Part shown: positions 1-9,737 of the stretch, in pieces
Layout of the letters: each line of letters starts with the position of its first letter
Numbering within the stretch: the first letter of the stretch is position 1
Assembly: GCA_963731035.1 (NCBI GenBank)
Contig: CAVSUY010000027.1
Coordinates: 265,803-329,802 of the forward strand
Direction: 5' to 3'
Source: an uncultured Gammaproteobacteria bacterium
Lineage (GTDB): Bacteria; Pseudomonadota; Gammaproteobacteria; Arenicellales; JAANXG01
Length of the DNA stretch: 64,000 nt
The notes under the pieces: model-generated
Told to the model about the DNA's origin: nothing
Databases searched by the model: none
Seen by the model: the letters and a program-made list of their open reading frames with translations, nothing else
Position numbers and translations under genes: made by a program

Positions 1-86
1 GAAACGATGCCGTCGTTGGCACCGAGCACCGCGGCCCGCAGCCACCCGATTCGCGCCGCGTAATGTCCTTCCAGATGCCTACGCAT
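1..86 (-). CDS. VIT1/CCC1-family membrane protein, N-terminal fragment (runs off window)
   Basis: Reverse translation from the ATG at 84-86 gives MRRHLEGHYAARIGWLRAAVLGANDGIVS. The LRAAVLGANDGIVS block is the conserved N-terminal motif of VIT-family proteins. Only 28 codons are visible. Confidence 0.5.
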   Translation of the reverse strand, partial: MRRHLEGHYAARIGWLRAAVLGANDGIV

Positions 87-108
87 TTTCGATCCTCATT
101 GCCCGTTC

Positions 109-723
109 TCAGCCCCGGCGCAGGCGATACACGCGCGGGTCGACATTGCGCAGCGGCCCGGGCAGACCGGTGGCGTCGAAGGGTTCTTCGTCACTGACCG
201 TCCAACCTTCGAAGGCGTTTTCCAGATCACCTCCACTAGCCCCCCGAGGCAAAGGCCCCCTGCGACCCGGGGCCCAGGTCAGCATCAGGATCGTGGCGTC
301 ATCTGCAGCTACGGCAGTTATCTCCCGGCCCACGGCCTGCCTCTGCTCGAGACTCAGGCCATGTACGGTCCCGAAATCCCATATCAGCCGGAAGCCTGCC
401 CCGATGCCGGTGTCCCGAAGCCGTGTCACGTCCCCCTGAAGGAAAAGCACATCGACGCCCGCGGCCCTGGCGCGGGTACGGGCAGCCTCTAGGGCCCTCG
501 GCACCAGGTCCACGGCGGTAACGGACCAGCCCCGCTGGGCCAGCGTCACGGCCCATTGGCCCCTGCCGCAGCCCAGATCGAGGGCACTGCCGAACGGTGC
601 TTGACGCCCGCGCTCCTCGCGCTCGAACAGCGCGGTGATTTGCCGGGCCGCCGGGGGATGCGTTCCGGCGCGCTCCCACGGCGCGAAACCCAATCGATAC
701 GCCACCGAATAGAACAGGCTCAT
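109..723 (-). CDS. class I SAM-dependent methyltransferase
   Basis: Internal ATG (cat at 721-723) of the 109..1047 ORF. It contains the LDLGCGRGQW motif I and AVDL motif II of the Rossmann methyltransferase fold. The N-terminal 108 aa of the long ORF are Arg/Gly-rich and look non-coding. Confidence 0.8.
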   Translation of the reverse strand: MSLFYSVAYRLGFAPWERAGTHPPAARQITALFEREERGRQAPFGSALDLGCGRGQWAVTLAQRGWSVTAVDLVPRALEAARTRARAAGVDVLFLQGDVTRLRDTGIGAGFRLIWDFGTVHGLSLEQRQAVGREITAVAADDATILMLTWAPGRRGPLPRGASGGDLENAFEGWTVSDEEPFDATGLPGPLRNVDPRVYRLRRG

Positions 724-839
724 TACTCTCCTCCTTGCACGCTTACCGTGCGACTTCACCGCGCCCGATGTGAAATGGACAAAGCCGATTGCGCGCCGAG
801 AATCACGACATGCGGTCGAGCGCAATGGTCCGGGGTACA

Positions 840-2033
840 CTAGCGACCGGCGAATACCACCACCGGTTCCAGCTTCAGTACCGGTCGGACGCTGATCGCC
901 GCGGCCGTCAGGCTCACGAGCAGCACGCCAATCAAACCGAATAGCGGCGTGAACCACATCATACGAAACGGATACCCCACCGTCGATACAATTTCGCCGA
1001 CAAGTGCGCAAGCACCGATGCCAAGCCCGGCCCCGAGCAATGCGCAAACCCCGGCTTGCACAATGACCATCTTCAGCAGCAGGCGATGCGAGGCGCCCAT
1101 GGCCTTGAGCACCGCGTATTGTTTCAGGTTCTCGTAGGTGAACATGTAGAGCATCACTCCGGTTACGCCGAAACCTACAGTCATGGCCAGTGTGAGCATG
1201 GCGGCCATATCCCCTACGTCCTCGGAATTGACCAGGTACCAGAGCACGGTATCCTCCTTGAACTCCGCTGCCGAACGGGCCCGTAAACCGGTTTGCTGGT
1301 GGATGCGGTTCGCCAGCTCCCGCGCCGACACCCCCTGCCGAGCGGCGACCAGGACGAAAGTCAGCCTGTCCCTTTCCCGGGGAAGAATGCGGACGGCATT
1401 GGAGTAGGTGGTGTAAATCAATGGACGGGGCGGGAAGCGGGGCACCGTCCGCGAGCGGCCGACGACCCTAATTCGATGATCGTTGACCAGCAACCCGTCG
1501 CCCGGCCTCAGCTCGCGGGTCGGAACGTCGAGGTGTACACCGTCGCCAGGCCACTGGTCCTTCGCCATGGCGGGCGTCTGCAGCTTGCCGCTGGTGCCGC
1601 CCGGATCGACGATCACGGCATCCGGAGTCCGCAGCGCCGAGGGGGACACACCGTCGATTGACTGCGGTGTTCCCTCGAGCGTGGCGTCATCAACGCCGAT
1701 GACCTGGAAGGACTGGAAACGGCCGTTCGGAAAACGGGCGTCCACGGTACCCAACGCGAGCGGCATGGCATAGCGCACACCTTCGACGCTCCGTACCCGG
1801 TCGAGGGCAGAGTCCGGCATGTTGATGGTGAGCTCCACCGAATCCACGGCCGGATCCATCACCCAGACATCGGCTGCGGGGTTTTCGCTGATCAATGCAA
1901 ATCCAAGAGTCATGAACCCCGCGAAGTAGGACATGGCGAAAGTGACGAGAAAAGCCGTGAAGGTGATACCCAGCAACAGGCCGGTATACTTCGCACGATC
2001 GCCCATCAGCATCTTCAAGGCGATATGGAGCAT
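840..2033 (-). CDS. ABC exporter permease, FtsX/DevC-like
   Basis: 397 aa. An N-terminal TM helix is followed by a large periplasmic domain and a C-terminal FtsX-type 3-TM bundle. It abuts the HlyD gene, which ends at 2034. Confidence 0.8.
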   Translation of the reverse strand: MLHIALKMLMGDRAKYTGLLLGITFTAFLVTFAMSYFAGFMTLGFALISENPAADVWVMDPAVDSVELTINMPDSALDRVRSVEGVRYAMPLALGTVDARFPNGRFQSFQVIGVDDATLEGTPQSIDGVSPSALRTPDAVIVDPGGTSGKLQTPAMAKDQWPGDGVHLDVPTRELRPGDGLLVNDHRIRVVGRSRTVPRFPPRPLIYTTYSNAVRILPRERDRLTFVLVAARQGVSARELANRIHQQTGLRARSAAEFKEDTVLWYLVNSEDVGDMAAMLTLAMTVGFGVTGVMLYMFTYENLKQYAVLKAMGASHRLLLKMVIVQAGVCALLGAGLGIGACALVGEIVSTVGYPFRMMWFTPLFGLIGVLLVSLTAAAISVRPVLKLEPVVVFAGR

Positions 2034-2951
2034 CTACGGATCCCGTTGCCCGCTCTTGTCCGCCGCCTGTATATACACGTCGAGCTGCTGCCCGATGTAT
2101 ACCGGCAGCGTTCCGCGCTCGAAGCCGAAGATGACTTGCAGAACGCGCGTATCGCTTCGCTCGGTTCCCAGCCCGGTCAGCGAGGTTTTCGGTACCATGT
2201 ACGGCTCGACATACTCGTATTGGAGCGGTATTTTCATCCCCGGATGGCCGCGTTGGAATGCCATCGCCTTGCAGCCGGGCTGGACACGCCATGCGTCGTG
2301 CTCGTCGACGTCGACGCGCAGGTACATCCTGTCATTGTCACCGAGCAGCATCAGCGGCGCGGAGCCGCTGCTGCCCTCAACGAACTCCCCTACGTGTATG
2401 TTCGACCGTAGTACATTTCCCGCGACGGGAGCGCGCACGGTGTGCATATCGATCTGAGTTTGAACCTGCGCCAGCTCGGCTTTGGCAAGCTCGAGGCTGC
2501 TCCGGGCCCCGGCTACTTCATCGTGTAGATCGCTCAGGTCCTGGGCACGGACGGCATTGCGGTCGCGCTTCTCCAGATCCCGGGCGAATTCCAGACGGTG
2601 GGTCGGCTTGAGCAGGGCGGCGGCAGCCTGGTCCACCCGCGCCCGCGCCGTCACGAGCCGCGCCTGCAGGTCGCGGTCGTCGATCTTGAACAGGGGATTT
2701 CCTGGCTTCACGTGCTCGCCAACCTTGACATACATTTCCGCGACGATGCCGGAAACCGGCGTTCCGACTGCGATATTGCCGGTGCTCGCCTCCACGATTC
2801 CTGCTCCGGCCACGTATGACGCGTAGGGCGCCTGAAGCGGCGACGCGGCCGCCGCATTCGCGCTCGGGGGCTCATTGTCGTGCAACACGGCGAGTACCGC
2901 GCCCACGATACCGACGAGCGCCGCAAAGGGCAGGATGTAGACGCGTTTCAC
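2034..2951 (-). CDS. HlyD/DevB-family periplasmic adaptor
   Basis: 305 aa with an N-terminal TM anchor, a lipoyl-like VSGIVAEMYVKVGEHVKPGNPLFKIDD segment and a coiled-coil segment. It overlaps the ATPase gene by 4 nt. Confidence 0.8.
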   Translation of the reverse strand: MKRVYILPFAALVGIVGAVLAVLHDNEPPSANAAAASPLQAPYASYVAGAGIVEASTGNIAVGTPVSGIVAEMYVKVGEHVKPGNPLFKIDDRDLQARLVTARARVDQAAAALLKPTHRLEFARDLEKRDRNAVRAQDLSDLHDEVAGARSSLELAKAELAQVQTQIDMHTVRAPVAGNVLRSNIHVGEFVEGSSGSAPLMLLGDNDRMYLRVDVDEHDAWRVQPGCKAMAFQRGHPGMKIPLQYEYVEPYMVPKTSLTGLGTERSDTRVLQVIFGFERGTLPVYIGQQLDVYIQAADKSGQRDP

Positions 2952-3673
2952 GCCAATCTCGCTCCTTCGTCGCCAGCACCGATATCGATAATCCTGCCGT
3001 CATCCATGTGGGCAACCCGGTCGGCGAATTCGAGTATACGGGGGTCGTGGGTCACCACGATCAGGGTTCTGTCGTCGCTTCCCGCTACCCTGCGCAGGAG
3101 CGACATCATCGCGTGCCCGCTTTCATGGTCCAGGCTGCTGGTGGGTTCATCGCACACGATCAGCTCCGGGTCGTGAATCAATGCTCGTGCGATAGCCACG
3201 CGCTGTTGCTGTCCACCGCTCATCTCTCCCGGCACCGCCTCCGCGCGGGATGTCAGGCCCACCGTTTCGAGGGAGGCCCGCGCCCGTTCCATCGCGGCTT
3301 TGCGGACCACGCCTCCGATCAGCAACGGAACGGCTACATTCTCTATGGCGGTCAAGGCGGGAAGGAGGTTGAACATCTGGAATACGAACCCGATGCGTCT
3401 CCCCCTGAAATGTACCTTCTGTTCGTCGCCCAGGGATGCGAGCTCTTGCCCCAGCACTTCGCAGCGACCCTCGTCCTCATCGAGGATGCCGGAAATGATG
3501 GATATCAAGGTGGTCTTGCCGCAGCCCGACGGTCCTGCCAGCATAAGCAGCTCTCCCCGCTTTACTTCCAGGTCGATCCCCCTCAGGGCCGCGACCCGGG
3601 CCGGCCCCGAACCGTACGTCTTGGTTACACCAAGGCAGCGAACGGCAGGTTCATAGTCGATCCTCGATATCAT
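2948..3673 (-). CDS. ABC transporter ATP-binding protein (DevA/MacB-type)
   Basis: Walker A GPSGCGKTT, signature LSGGQQQRVAIARAL and Walker B LIVCDEPTSSLD are all present. Confidence 0.9.
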   Translation of the reverse strand: MISRIDYEPAVRCLGVTKTYGSGPARVAALRGIDLEVKRGELLMLAGPSGCGKTTLISIISGILDEDEGRCEVLGQELASLGDEQKVHFRGRRIGFVFQMFNLLPALTAIENVAVPLLIGGVVRKAAMERARASLETVGLTSRAEAVPGEMSGGQQQRVAIARALIHDPELIVCDEPTSSLDHESGHAMMSLLRRVAGSDDRTLIVVTHDPRILEFADRVAHMDDGRIIDIGAGDEGARLA

Positions 3674-3861
3674 GGAATCACCGGACTGGGTGCATCGCGC
3701 GAGCCCCCGGGAGCACGCCCGCAGGTCGCGACCGAGTCTGACATTTCGATGTTAGGTATTGCTTAATCTTCCATTCCCAGGCGGATTTCAAGGCCTCGAC
3801 AGGGCCGGAGAGGTTCGAAAGGCGCAACGAACAGTCGGTGGTTGGATTTGCCGCGGCCGGT

Positions 3862-4476
3862 TTAGTTCTGACCCAGTCTTCGGATAGCGGCAATCCTGAC
3901 GGGGGGCAGGAGCATCTGGCCGCTAGCGGGCTGCGTCTGTATGGTTCGAACCACATCCATGCCCTCGATGACGTGCCCGAAAGCGGCGAACCCCTTACCA
4001 TCGGGATTTCGACTGCCGCCGAAGTCCAACTCAGGCTGGTCCCCGATACAGATAAAGAATTCGGAGCTTGCCGAATCCGGCGCCAACCTGGCCATTGATA
4101 GCGTACCGTCCCTATGTGCGAGACCCGTCTCCCTGGTGGTTTCGAGCGTGATCGGCGGCAATCGCAGATCGTTCGCGGCAAAGCCTAAGCCCCCTTGTAT
4201 TACCTCGATCTTCACGTCGTTGCGAGGCTGATTGTCCATTCGAACTGCCCGGTAGAACGCCGCCCCACGGTATCGATCTTCATCGACATAGCGCAGGAAG
4301 TTGGACGCCGTGAGCGGTGCGTGCCGTGGGTCCAACTCAATAACGATCCGGCCCAGGTCGGTCTCCATCACCACTTTGGGAGAACTGGCACGCGGCGCGG
4401 ACTCTTGGGAGCACGCCCCGAGGAACACCACGGGCAGCACAAGACAGAGAAGGATCCTTCCCACCGTCCTATTCAC
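3862..4476 (-). CDS. cyclophilin-type peptidyl-prolyl cis-trans isomerase, probable lipoprotein
   Basis: Cyclophilin blocks FYRAV...VIQGG, GTLSMAR, SEFFICIGD and FGHVIEGMDVV are present. The start is placed at the GTG at 4474-4476, which gives the signal VNRTVGRILLCLVLPVVFLGAC. The ATG-most ORF start would overlap the upstream gene extensively. Confidence 0.75.
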   Translation of the reverse strand: MNRTVGRILLCLVLPVVFLGACSQESAPRASSPKVVMETDLGRIVIELDPRHAPLTASNFLRYVDEDRYRGAAFYRAVRMDNQPRNDVKIEVIQGGLGFAANDLRLPPITLETTRETGLAHRDGTLSMARLAPDSASSEFFICIGDQPELDFGGSRNPDGKGFAAFGHVIEGMDVVRTIQTQPASGQMLLPPVRIAAIRRLGQN

Positions 4477-5401
4477 GTACGCGCACACCCTTCTCCTTGT
4501 CCCAGTGCAGGATCTTGTCGCTCTTTGGCAGCGGTGCTTCCGGCACCTCGCCCACCGAGACCCCATACTTCCAATCCGGAGGACAGATAGCGACGTACCG
4601 GGCATAGCCGCCCAAACCACCCTTGAATTTCGGGTAGCCGATGGTTACCAGACAGCCGGTCTCGGGGACCTTGTCAAGGTGTGCCACCCCTTCGGCTTGA
4701 GTGTAGCCGTGATGCATCAGCCAGTCCTCGCCTTCCAGGGTCGGCGTTGCATCGGTATCCAGCGGCTCATGGCCGTGGAAAAGAATATGGCGTTGAAGGT
4801 GCAGGAACTTGAGCGCGTCCAGCGACACACCGGGGAAAACCGACTCCGTGGCCAATGCCGGATCGGGCCATCTCCTGGACCAGTCCGAACGCACCATCAC
4901 CACCGACCCCGCGGGTATCTCGCCGTTCCTGGATTCCCACTCCTTGATATCCGATACCTGCAGCGCGTACCCGGGATCTTTGGCAACCTGCTCAACGATG
5001 GAGATGACCACCAGCGGTCTTACGGCATAGGTGGCCGGCAGCTCGTCTATGGACGGGTACTCCGGCGCCCAGTGGGCCGGCGGATCGAGTTGGGTACCAT
5101 ACTGATCGGTACTTAGAAAGTACTGCGTCGCTTCGAAACCATCCTTTTTATACTGGTAGGGCTTACCCGTGTCCGGATTGACCGTCGGACCAAACTTCGC
5201 CGGGCCGAAGCCCCTCCAGACGGGGATTGACGGCGTGAGCGTGTGTGTCAGGTCGATGTACTTGGCATTCTTGAGGGCCTGATCGTAGACCGCCCATAGA
5301 CCGTGGCCCGACATGGCCGCCGAATCGGCGGTCTGGACGAACGCGCCCAGAAGAACCGCCACCGCCGTCGTCATAAAAGGATGTCTGCGTGCTCTCATCA
5401 T
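4469..5401 (-). CDS. secreted cyclase-family (kynurenine-formamidase-fold) protein
   Basis: IDLTHTL and QYGTQLDPPAHW blocks align to the cyclase-family HxGTHxDxPxH region, with both leading His replaced by Gln. The start is placed at MMRARRHPFMTTAVAVLLGAF, which reads as a signal peptide. Confidence 0.55.
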   Translation of the reverse strand: MMRARRHPFMTTAVAVLLGAFVQTADSAAMSGHGLWAVYDQALKNAKYIDLTHTLTPSIPVWRGFGPAKFGPTVNPDTGKPYQYKKDGFEATQYFLSTDQYGTQLDPPAHWAPEYPSIDELPATYAVRPLVVISIVEQVAKDPGYALQVSDIKEWESRNGEIPAGSVVMVRSDWSRRWPDPALATESVFPGVSLDALKFLHLQRHILFHGHEPLDTDATPTLEGEDWLMHHGYTQAEGVAHLDKVPETGCLVTIGYPKFKGGLGGYARYVAICPPDWKYGVSVGEVPEAPLPKSDKILHWDKEKGVRVRE

Positions 5402-5593
5402 ACGTGGCTCCCTATACAGGATGTTGAACAGTCGGGCGACACCGACGACCTCCCGGATTCCGACACCGTCGGATGCCGGACCAATACACCAGCTAAAGCC
5501 TCGGTACAATCAATCTCCGAATGCCGGTATGGGGCGGCGGGCGGTCTGCACGAAACCCTGGGATTCGATCCGTCTCACCGAAGCGTCCGGAAC

Positions 5594-6076
5594 TCAGTCC
5601 GGTTTCTCTTCCGGCACACCTGCCGAAGGAAACCTGGAGGAGCCGTAGCGGATGACCAGATTGGCCAGGGCCAGCAGTAGAATGGACCCGGAAAGGTAGA
5701 TGACGGTGACATTCCACTTGTGCTCGAGCTGGATGTCCGCGATCAACACCCGGGTCAGGGCGGTGATCGCCACATAGATCAAAAACCTCACCGGCATGTG
5801 ATTGGTCTTGAAATAGATCCCCACCATTGCCCCAAGCTCGAGGTAAATGAACAGAAGCAGGATGTCCGCGATGGAGGCGGTGCCCTGCTCGCCCATGGCC
5901 ACGAATGCAAATATCGCAGACCAGACGATGGCGCCTCCTATTGCGAACAGAGCCAGATAGTGAAAGGCATCGACCAGAAGGTTGCCGACCGTGTCGGCGG
6001 CGTGCCTCAGCTTTGTGTTCAACGCGCTGGTCTTCTGCAGCTCTCTTGCCATGCGAAGCTCCCCATGTCCCGTCAT
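5594..6076 (-). CDS. psiE: PsiE-family phosphate-starvation-inducible membrane protein
   Basis: 160 aa with four predicted TM helices and a PVRFLIYVAITALTRVLI block typical of PsiE. The start could instead be the second Met, at 6052. Confidence 0.65.
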   Translation of the reverse strand: MTGHGELRMARELQKTSALNTKLRHAADTVGNLLVDAFHYLALFAIGGAIVWSAIFAFVAMGEQGTASIADILLLFIYLELGAMVGIYFKTNHMPVRFLIYVAITALTRVLIADIQLEHKWNVTVIYLSGSILLLALANLVIRYGSSRFPSAGVPEEKPD

Positions 6077-6170
6077 GTGTTCCAGGGCATTCTTGCTTCC
6101 CGGTCATCTCCGGTCAACCGCGCCACGCACCGAGCCGTGCCGATTGCCGGCGGGGCCGCGCCGCTCCAGT

Positions 6171-6238
6171 CTTGAGAGCAGCCCTGGCTTGAGAGCAGCC
6201 CTGGCTTGAGAGCAGCTCTGGCTTGAGAGCAGCTCTGG
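6171..6238. repeat. 4 x 17-bp perfect-phase tandem repeat (cttgagagcagcYctgg)
   Basis: Read directly: units at 6171-6187, 6188-6204, 6205-6221 and 6222-6238. Units 1-2 carry C and units 3-4 carry T at position 13. The array lies in the divergent psiE/SDR intergenic region and ends 20 bp before the SDR ATG. Confidence 0.95.
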
Positions 6239-6257
6239 CCCTGGGTATGCTTCACCA

Positions 6258-7043
6258 ATGGACTTGAGACTGAAAGGTAAACGTGCCCTCGTGACGGGGT
6301 CAAGCGACGGCATAGGCGCCGAAATCGCCCGATGCCTGGCAGCCGAAGGTTGTGCGGTGCTGGTGCATGGCCGCAATTCCGCGCGTACCGAGCGGGTTGC
6401 GGCAGAGCTTCGATCCGCCGGTGCCGAGGTTGACACAATCCTCGGCGAGCTGGGCTCCGATGATTCCGCCGCGGCGGTGGCCGCGCGTGCGGTGGCCTGG
6501 CAGACCGACATTCTGATCAACAACGCCGGTCCCTTCGCCGAACACGATTGGGAGACCGCCGACCCGAAGGCGTGGATGGACACGATCAATCTCAATGTCC
6601 TGTCCGCCGTTCGGATGATCCGGGCGCTGGTTCCCGGTATGCGGGAACGAAGCTGGGGCCGGATCATCAATCTGGGTACCCGGGGTGTGGTGACGCCGTT
6701 GCCGAACATGGTGGAATATTCGGCGGCGAAGGCGGCGGTGGTGAACATGACCACGACGCTCGCCAGACACCTGTCCGGAACCGGAATCACCGCCAACACG
6801 GTGAGTCCCGGTGTGACACTGTCGCCCGGCATGCAGCACATGTTCGAAGAACGCGCGAGGGCCCAGGGTCACAGCACCGATGCGTGGCCTGAGATGGCCG
6901 AGGCGTACGCACCCAACCCCTGCGGCCGACTCGGGACGGGTGAGGATATCGCCACGGCGGTCGCGTTTCTCGCCAGCCCGCTCGCGGGATACATCAACGG
7001 CGTCAATCTCAGGGTTGACGGGGGTATAAGCGGGGTCCCCTGA
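6258..7043 (+). CDS. SDR-family oxidoreductase
   Basis: TGSSDGIG cofactor motif, NNAG, and the YSAAK catalytic YxxxK motif are present. Confidence 0.9.
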   Translation: MDLRLKGKRALVTGSSDGIGAEIARCLAAEGCAVLVHGRNSARTERVAAELRSAGAEVDTILGELGSDDSAAAVAARAVAWQTDILINNAGPFAEHDWETADPKAWMDTINLNVLSAVRMIRALVPGMRERSWGRIINLGTRGVVTPLPNMVEYSAAKAAVVNMTTTLARHLSGTGITANTVSPGVTLSPGMQHMFEERARAQGHSTDAWPEMAEAYAPNPCGRLGTGEDIATAVAFLASPLAGYINGVNLRVDGGISGVP

Positions 7044-7173
7044 GCAGGAACGGAGTGGGTGGGGCGCGGAGGTTCCACTTCATCGCATAGTCACGGGTCG
7101 ATGCATCCCGACGATCCGGCGGAACCGGCAACCTCCGGTCCCGGCAAGAATAACTCAAGAAAGGCGAACAGCT

Positions 7174-8919
7174 ATGAAAAAGTGCTGGTGGCGTGGACCG
7201 GCGGGCGTGGTGCTGATGCTGCTCGGTATCACGATATGCGCGGCGGCGGGTGCCGGGCGTCAGTCCGACGGTGCCTCCGCGTCGTCGGACGTGCTGATCG
7301 TGTCCGGCACGGTAGTGAACCCCCAGGGCGACGGCATCGAGGATGCCGAGCTGACCTTCTACCTGAACGGCCGGTCCCTGGGCCCGACCGGACAAGTCAG
7401 CACGGGAAACCAGGGCGCCTTCGAAGTGGAGTTGTCACTACCGAAGGGGATCTCATCCGACGACAAGCTGACGATGGACGCCGCACGTGCCTCCTACAAA
7501 GCGATCGAAGGGACCCCACTGGAGCACGTACTGGTCGAACAGGTGGACGCCGGCGGCGGCCGTCATTTCATCGCCCACATCAACCTGACCCTGCACCGGG
7601 ACACAACACCCGCCCTGTGGATCGCGGCGATCGTCCTCCTGGCCGTCTACGTCTTTATTGCCTTCGAGATGATGCATCGTACGCTGGCGGCCCTGGTGGG
7701 TTCCTCCCTGCTGCTTTTCATCAGCTACACCCTCGGCAGCTTCGACCCGGGGTTCCGCATCCTCACCTTCGACGAAGCCATGAAGTCCATAGACGGCAAC
7801 GTTATCTTTCTGCTCATGGCGATGATGATCATCGTCGGGGTACTCAAGAAGACCGGGATCTTCCAGTGGACGGCTTACAAGTCATTCCAGATGGCCCGGG
7901 GCAACATCTATGTGTTGTCGGTTCTCCTGATGTTCGTCACGGCTGTGACCTCGGCGTTTCTGGACAACGTGACCACCATGCTTCTCATCGTCCCGGTAAC
8001 GATAGAAATAGCACTGGCTCTCAGAATCGACCCTCTGGCGTTCCTGCTGCCGGAGGTCTTCGCGTCCAACGTGGGCGGCACCGCCACCTTGATCGGCGAC
8101 CCCCCCAATATCATGATCGGGTCCTACGCCGGCCTCACGTTCGTCCAGTTCGTGGAGAACCTGGCGCTGGTGTGCTTTGTCGCTCTTGCGGTTTCCTCGG
8201 TCTACTTCGTGCTCTGGTTCCGCAAGGATTACCACGCCGCCAAGGTCAGCGACGTGCCCGCCATGACAGCTCGCTTGCGGGCGGAGTACCGCATCACCGA
8301 TAAGGCACTGCTGATAAAAGGCGGCTTCGTGCTGGCGCTTACCATTGTCCTGTTCGTGATGCACGGCAGCCTGCACATGGAGCCGAGCATCGCCGCCATG
8401 GCCGGTGCCTCCCTGCTGTTGGTTATAAGCGGGGTCCACATCGTGGAAATGGTCGAACGCGAGGTCGAATGGCCGACCCTGGTGTTCTTCATGATGTTGT
8501 TCATATTGGTGGCCGGTGCCGAACAGACCGGGCTCATCCAGATAGTCGCCGACTGGGTACGCGAGGCCTCGCAGGGATCGGCGGTGCTGGCCATAGTGAT
8601 GGTCATCTGGGCTTCCGCCTTGTTATCGGCAATTGTCGACAACATACCTTTCACTGCGACGATGCTGCCGATCGTGGCATACCTCAATGAGTCGATTCCC
8701 GGGATTCACGGATCGGTGCTGTGGTGGGCCCTGGCGCTGGGTGCATGCCTGGGCGGCAACGGCACGTTGATCGGCGCCAGCGCCAACGTGGTAACGGCGG
8801 GACTGGCGGAAAAAGCCGGGCATCCCGTCTCCTTCGTGCGTTTCCTGCGGGTGGCGATGGTGCCGATGCTCATCACCGTGGCATTGTCCACGCTGTGGCT
8901 GCTGGCATTCGGCTTGTAG
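7174..8919 (+). CDS. ArsB/NhaD-superfamily (SLC13/CitMHS-like) anion permease with an N-terminal extracytoplasmic domain
   Basis: 581 aa. A signal peptide and a roughly 130-aa soluble beta-rich segment precede a polytopic permease with duplicated hairpin-like motifs (SNVGGTATLIGDPPN and LGGNGTLIGASAN). Confidence 0.75.
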   Translation: MKKCWWRGPAGVVLMLLGITICAAAGAGRQSDGASASSDVLIVSGTVVNPQGDGIEDAELTFYLNGRSLGPTGQVSTGNQGAFEVELSLPKGISSDDKLTMDAARASYKAIEGTPLEHVLVEQVDAGGGRHFIAHINLTLHRDTTPALWIAAIVLLAVYVFIAFEMMHRTLAALVGSSLLLFISYTLGSFDPGFRILTFDEAMKSIDGNVIFLLMAMMIIVGVLKKTGIFQWTAYKSFQMARGNIYVLSVLLMFVTAVTSAFLDNVTTMLLIVPVTIEIALALRIDPLAFLLPEVFASNVGGTATLIGDPPNIMIGSYAGLTFVQFVENLALVCFVALAVSSVYFVLWFRKDYHAAKVSDVPAMTARLRAEYRITDKALLIKGGFVLALTIVLFVMHGSLHMEPSIAAMAGASLLLVISGVHIVEMVEREVEWPTLVFFMMLFILVAGAEQTGLIQIVADWVREASQGSAVLAIVMVIWASALLSAIVDNIPFTATMLPIVAYLNESIPGIHGSVLWWALALGACLGGNGTLIGASANVVTAGLAEKAGHPVSFVRFLRVAMVPMLITVALSTLWLLAFGL

Positions 8920-8998
8920 CGTACATCCAGCGGACGAGGCTGGCCGCGCCGGGCAATGAGTCACGGACTGCGGGAAATCAGGACCCCCCGGAGCCGGC

Positions 8999-9709
8999 TT
9001 AAACGTCGGCTGCGGTATCGGTGAGAGCGCCAATGACGCTGCGGTAACCGCCGCGATCCCGCCCGATCATGGTGTAGAAACGCTGCCTGACGTCGGCCGG
9101 AGCGGACGCCGGTATCGACGGCCGGGCCTCTATGGACTTCCACCAGCGCGTGACCTTGGGCCGAGACTCGCCGAACAACCCCATCGACGGGTACAACTGG
9201 TTGGCGAAGTCCAGACGCTGGAGAGCGGGTACATACGCCGCCTCCACCAGCGACATCGACTTGCCGAGAAAGAAGGGGTCTTCGCCCAGTTCCCATTCCA
9301 GGCGGTCCAATTTGGACCTGACACGCTCGACGACGGGGGCCAGCGCCTCCTCGTCCCTGGCGGCGGTGAGGGCGAAACAATCCTGCAGCAGCGCAGTCCC
9401 GAATTCAATCCAGGAACGCACCCTGGCCCTGCGCAACGGGTCGCGGGGCAGCATGGGCGCATCCCCGGCGACCTCGTCCAGATATTCGTTGATCACCAAA
9501 GACTCGAAAAGAACCACCCGCTCACCGTCGTCGGTGGTCACTTCCAGAGTCGGTACCTTGGAAGTCGGCGATATTTCGACGAACCAGTCGGGCTTGTCCT
9601 TCAGGTCTATCTCTTCCAGATCGAAGTCGACGCCCATCTCGCGGAGCATAACCCGGCTGCGCTGCGCAAACGGGCACAGATCGTGGCTGACTAGTCTGTA
9701 TTTCGGCAT
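8999..9709 (-). CDS. glutathione S-transferase family protein (Cys-type, CPF active site)
   Basis: Start at MPKYRLVSHDLCPFAQR (cat at 9707-9709). It has a thioredoxin-like N-domain with VPTLE and ESLVINEYL blocks and a helical C-domain. Confidence 0.8.
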   Translation of the reverse strand: MPKYRLVSHDLCPFAQRSRVMLREMGVDFDLEEIDLKDKPDWFVEISPTSKVPTLEVTTDDGERVVLFESLVINEYLDEVAGDAPMLPRDPLRRARVRSWIEFGTALLQDCFALTAARDEEALAPVVERVRSKLDRLEWELGEDPFFLGKSMSLVEAAYVPALQRLDFANQLYPSMGLFGESRPKVTRWWKSIEARPSIPASAPADVRQRFYTMIGRDRGGYRSVIGALTDTAADV

Positions 9710-9737
9710 AAGGTACAAGTATCTCAGGGTTTGATAC

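Noticed and set aside
6171-6238. Possible CRISPR array
   Set aside because: The 17-bp units are directly adjacent with no spacers, and no cas genes are nearby. It is a simple tandem repeat.
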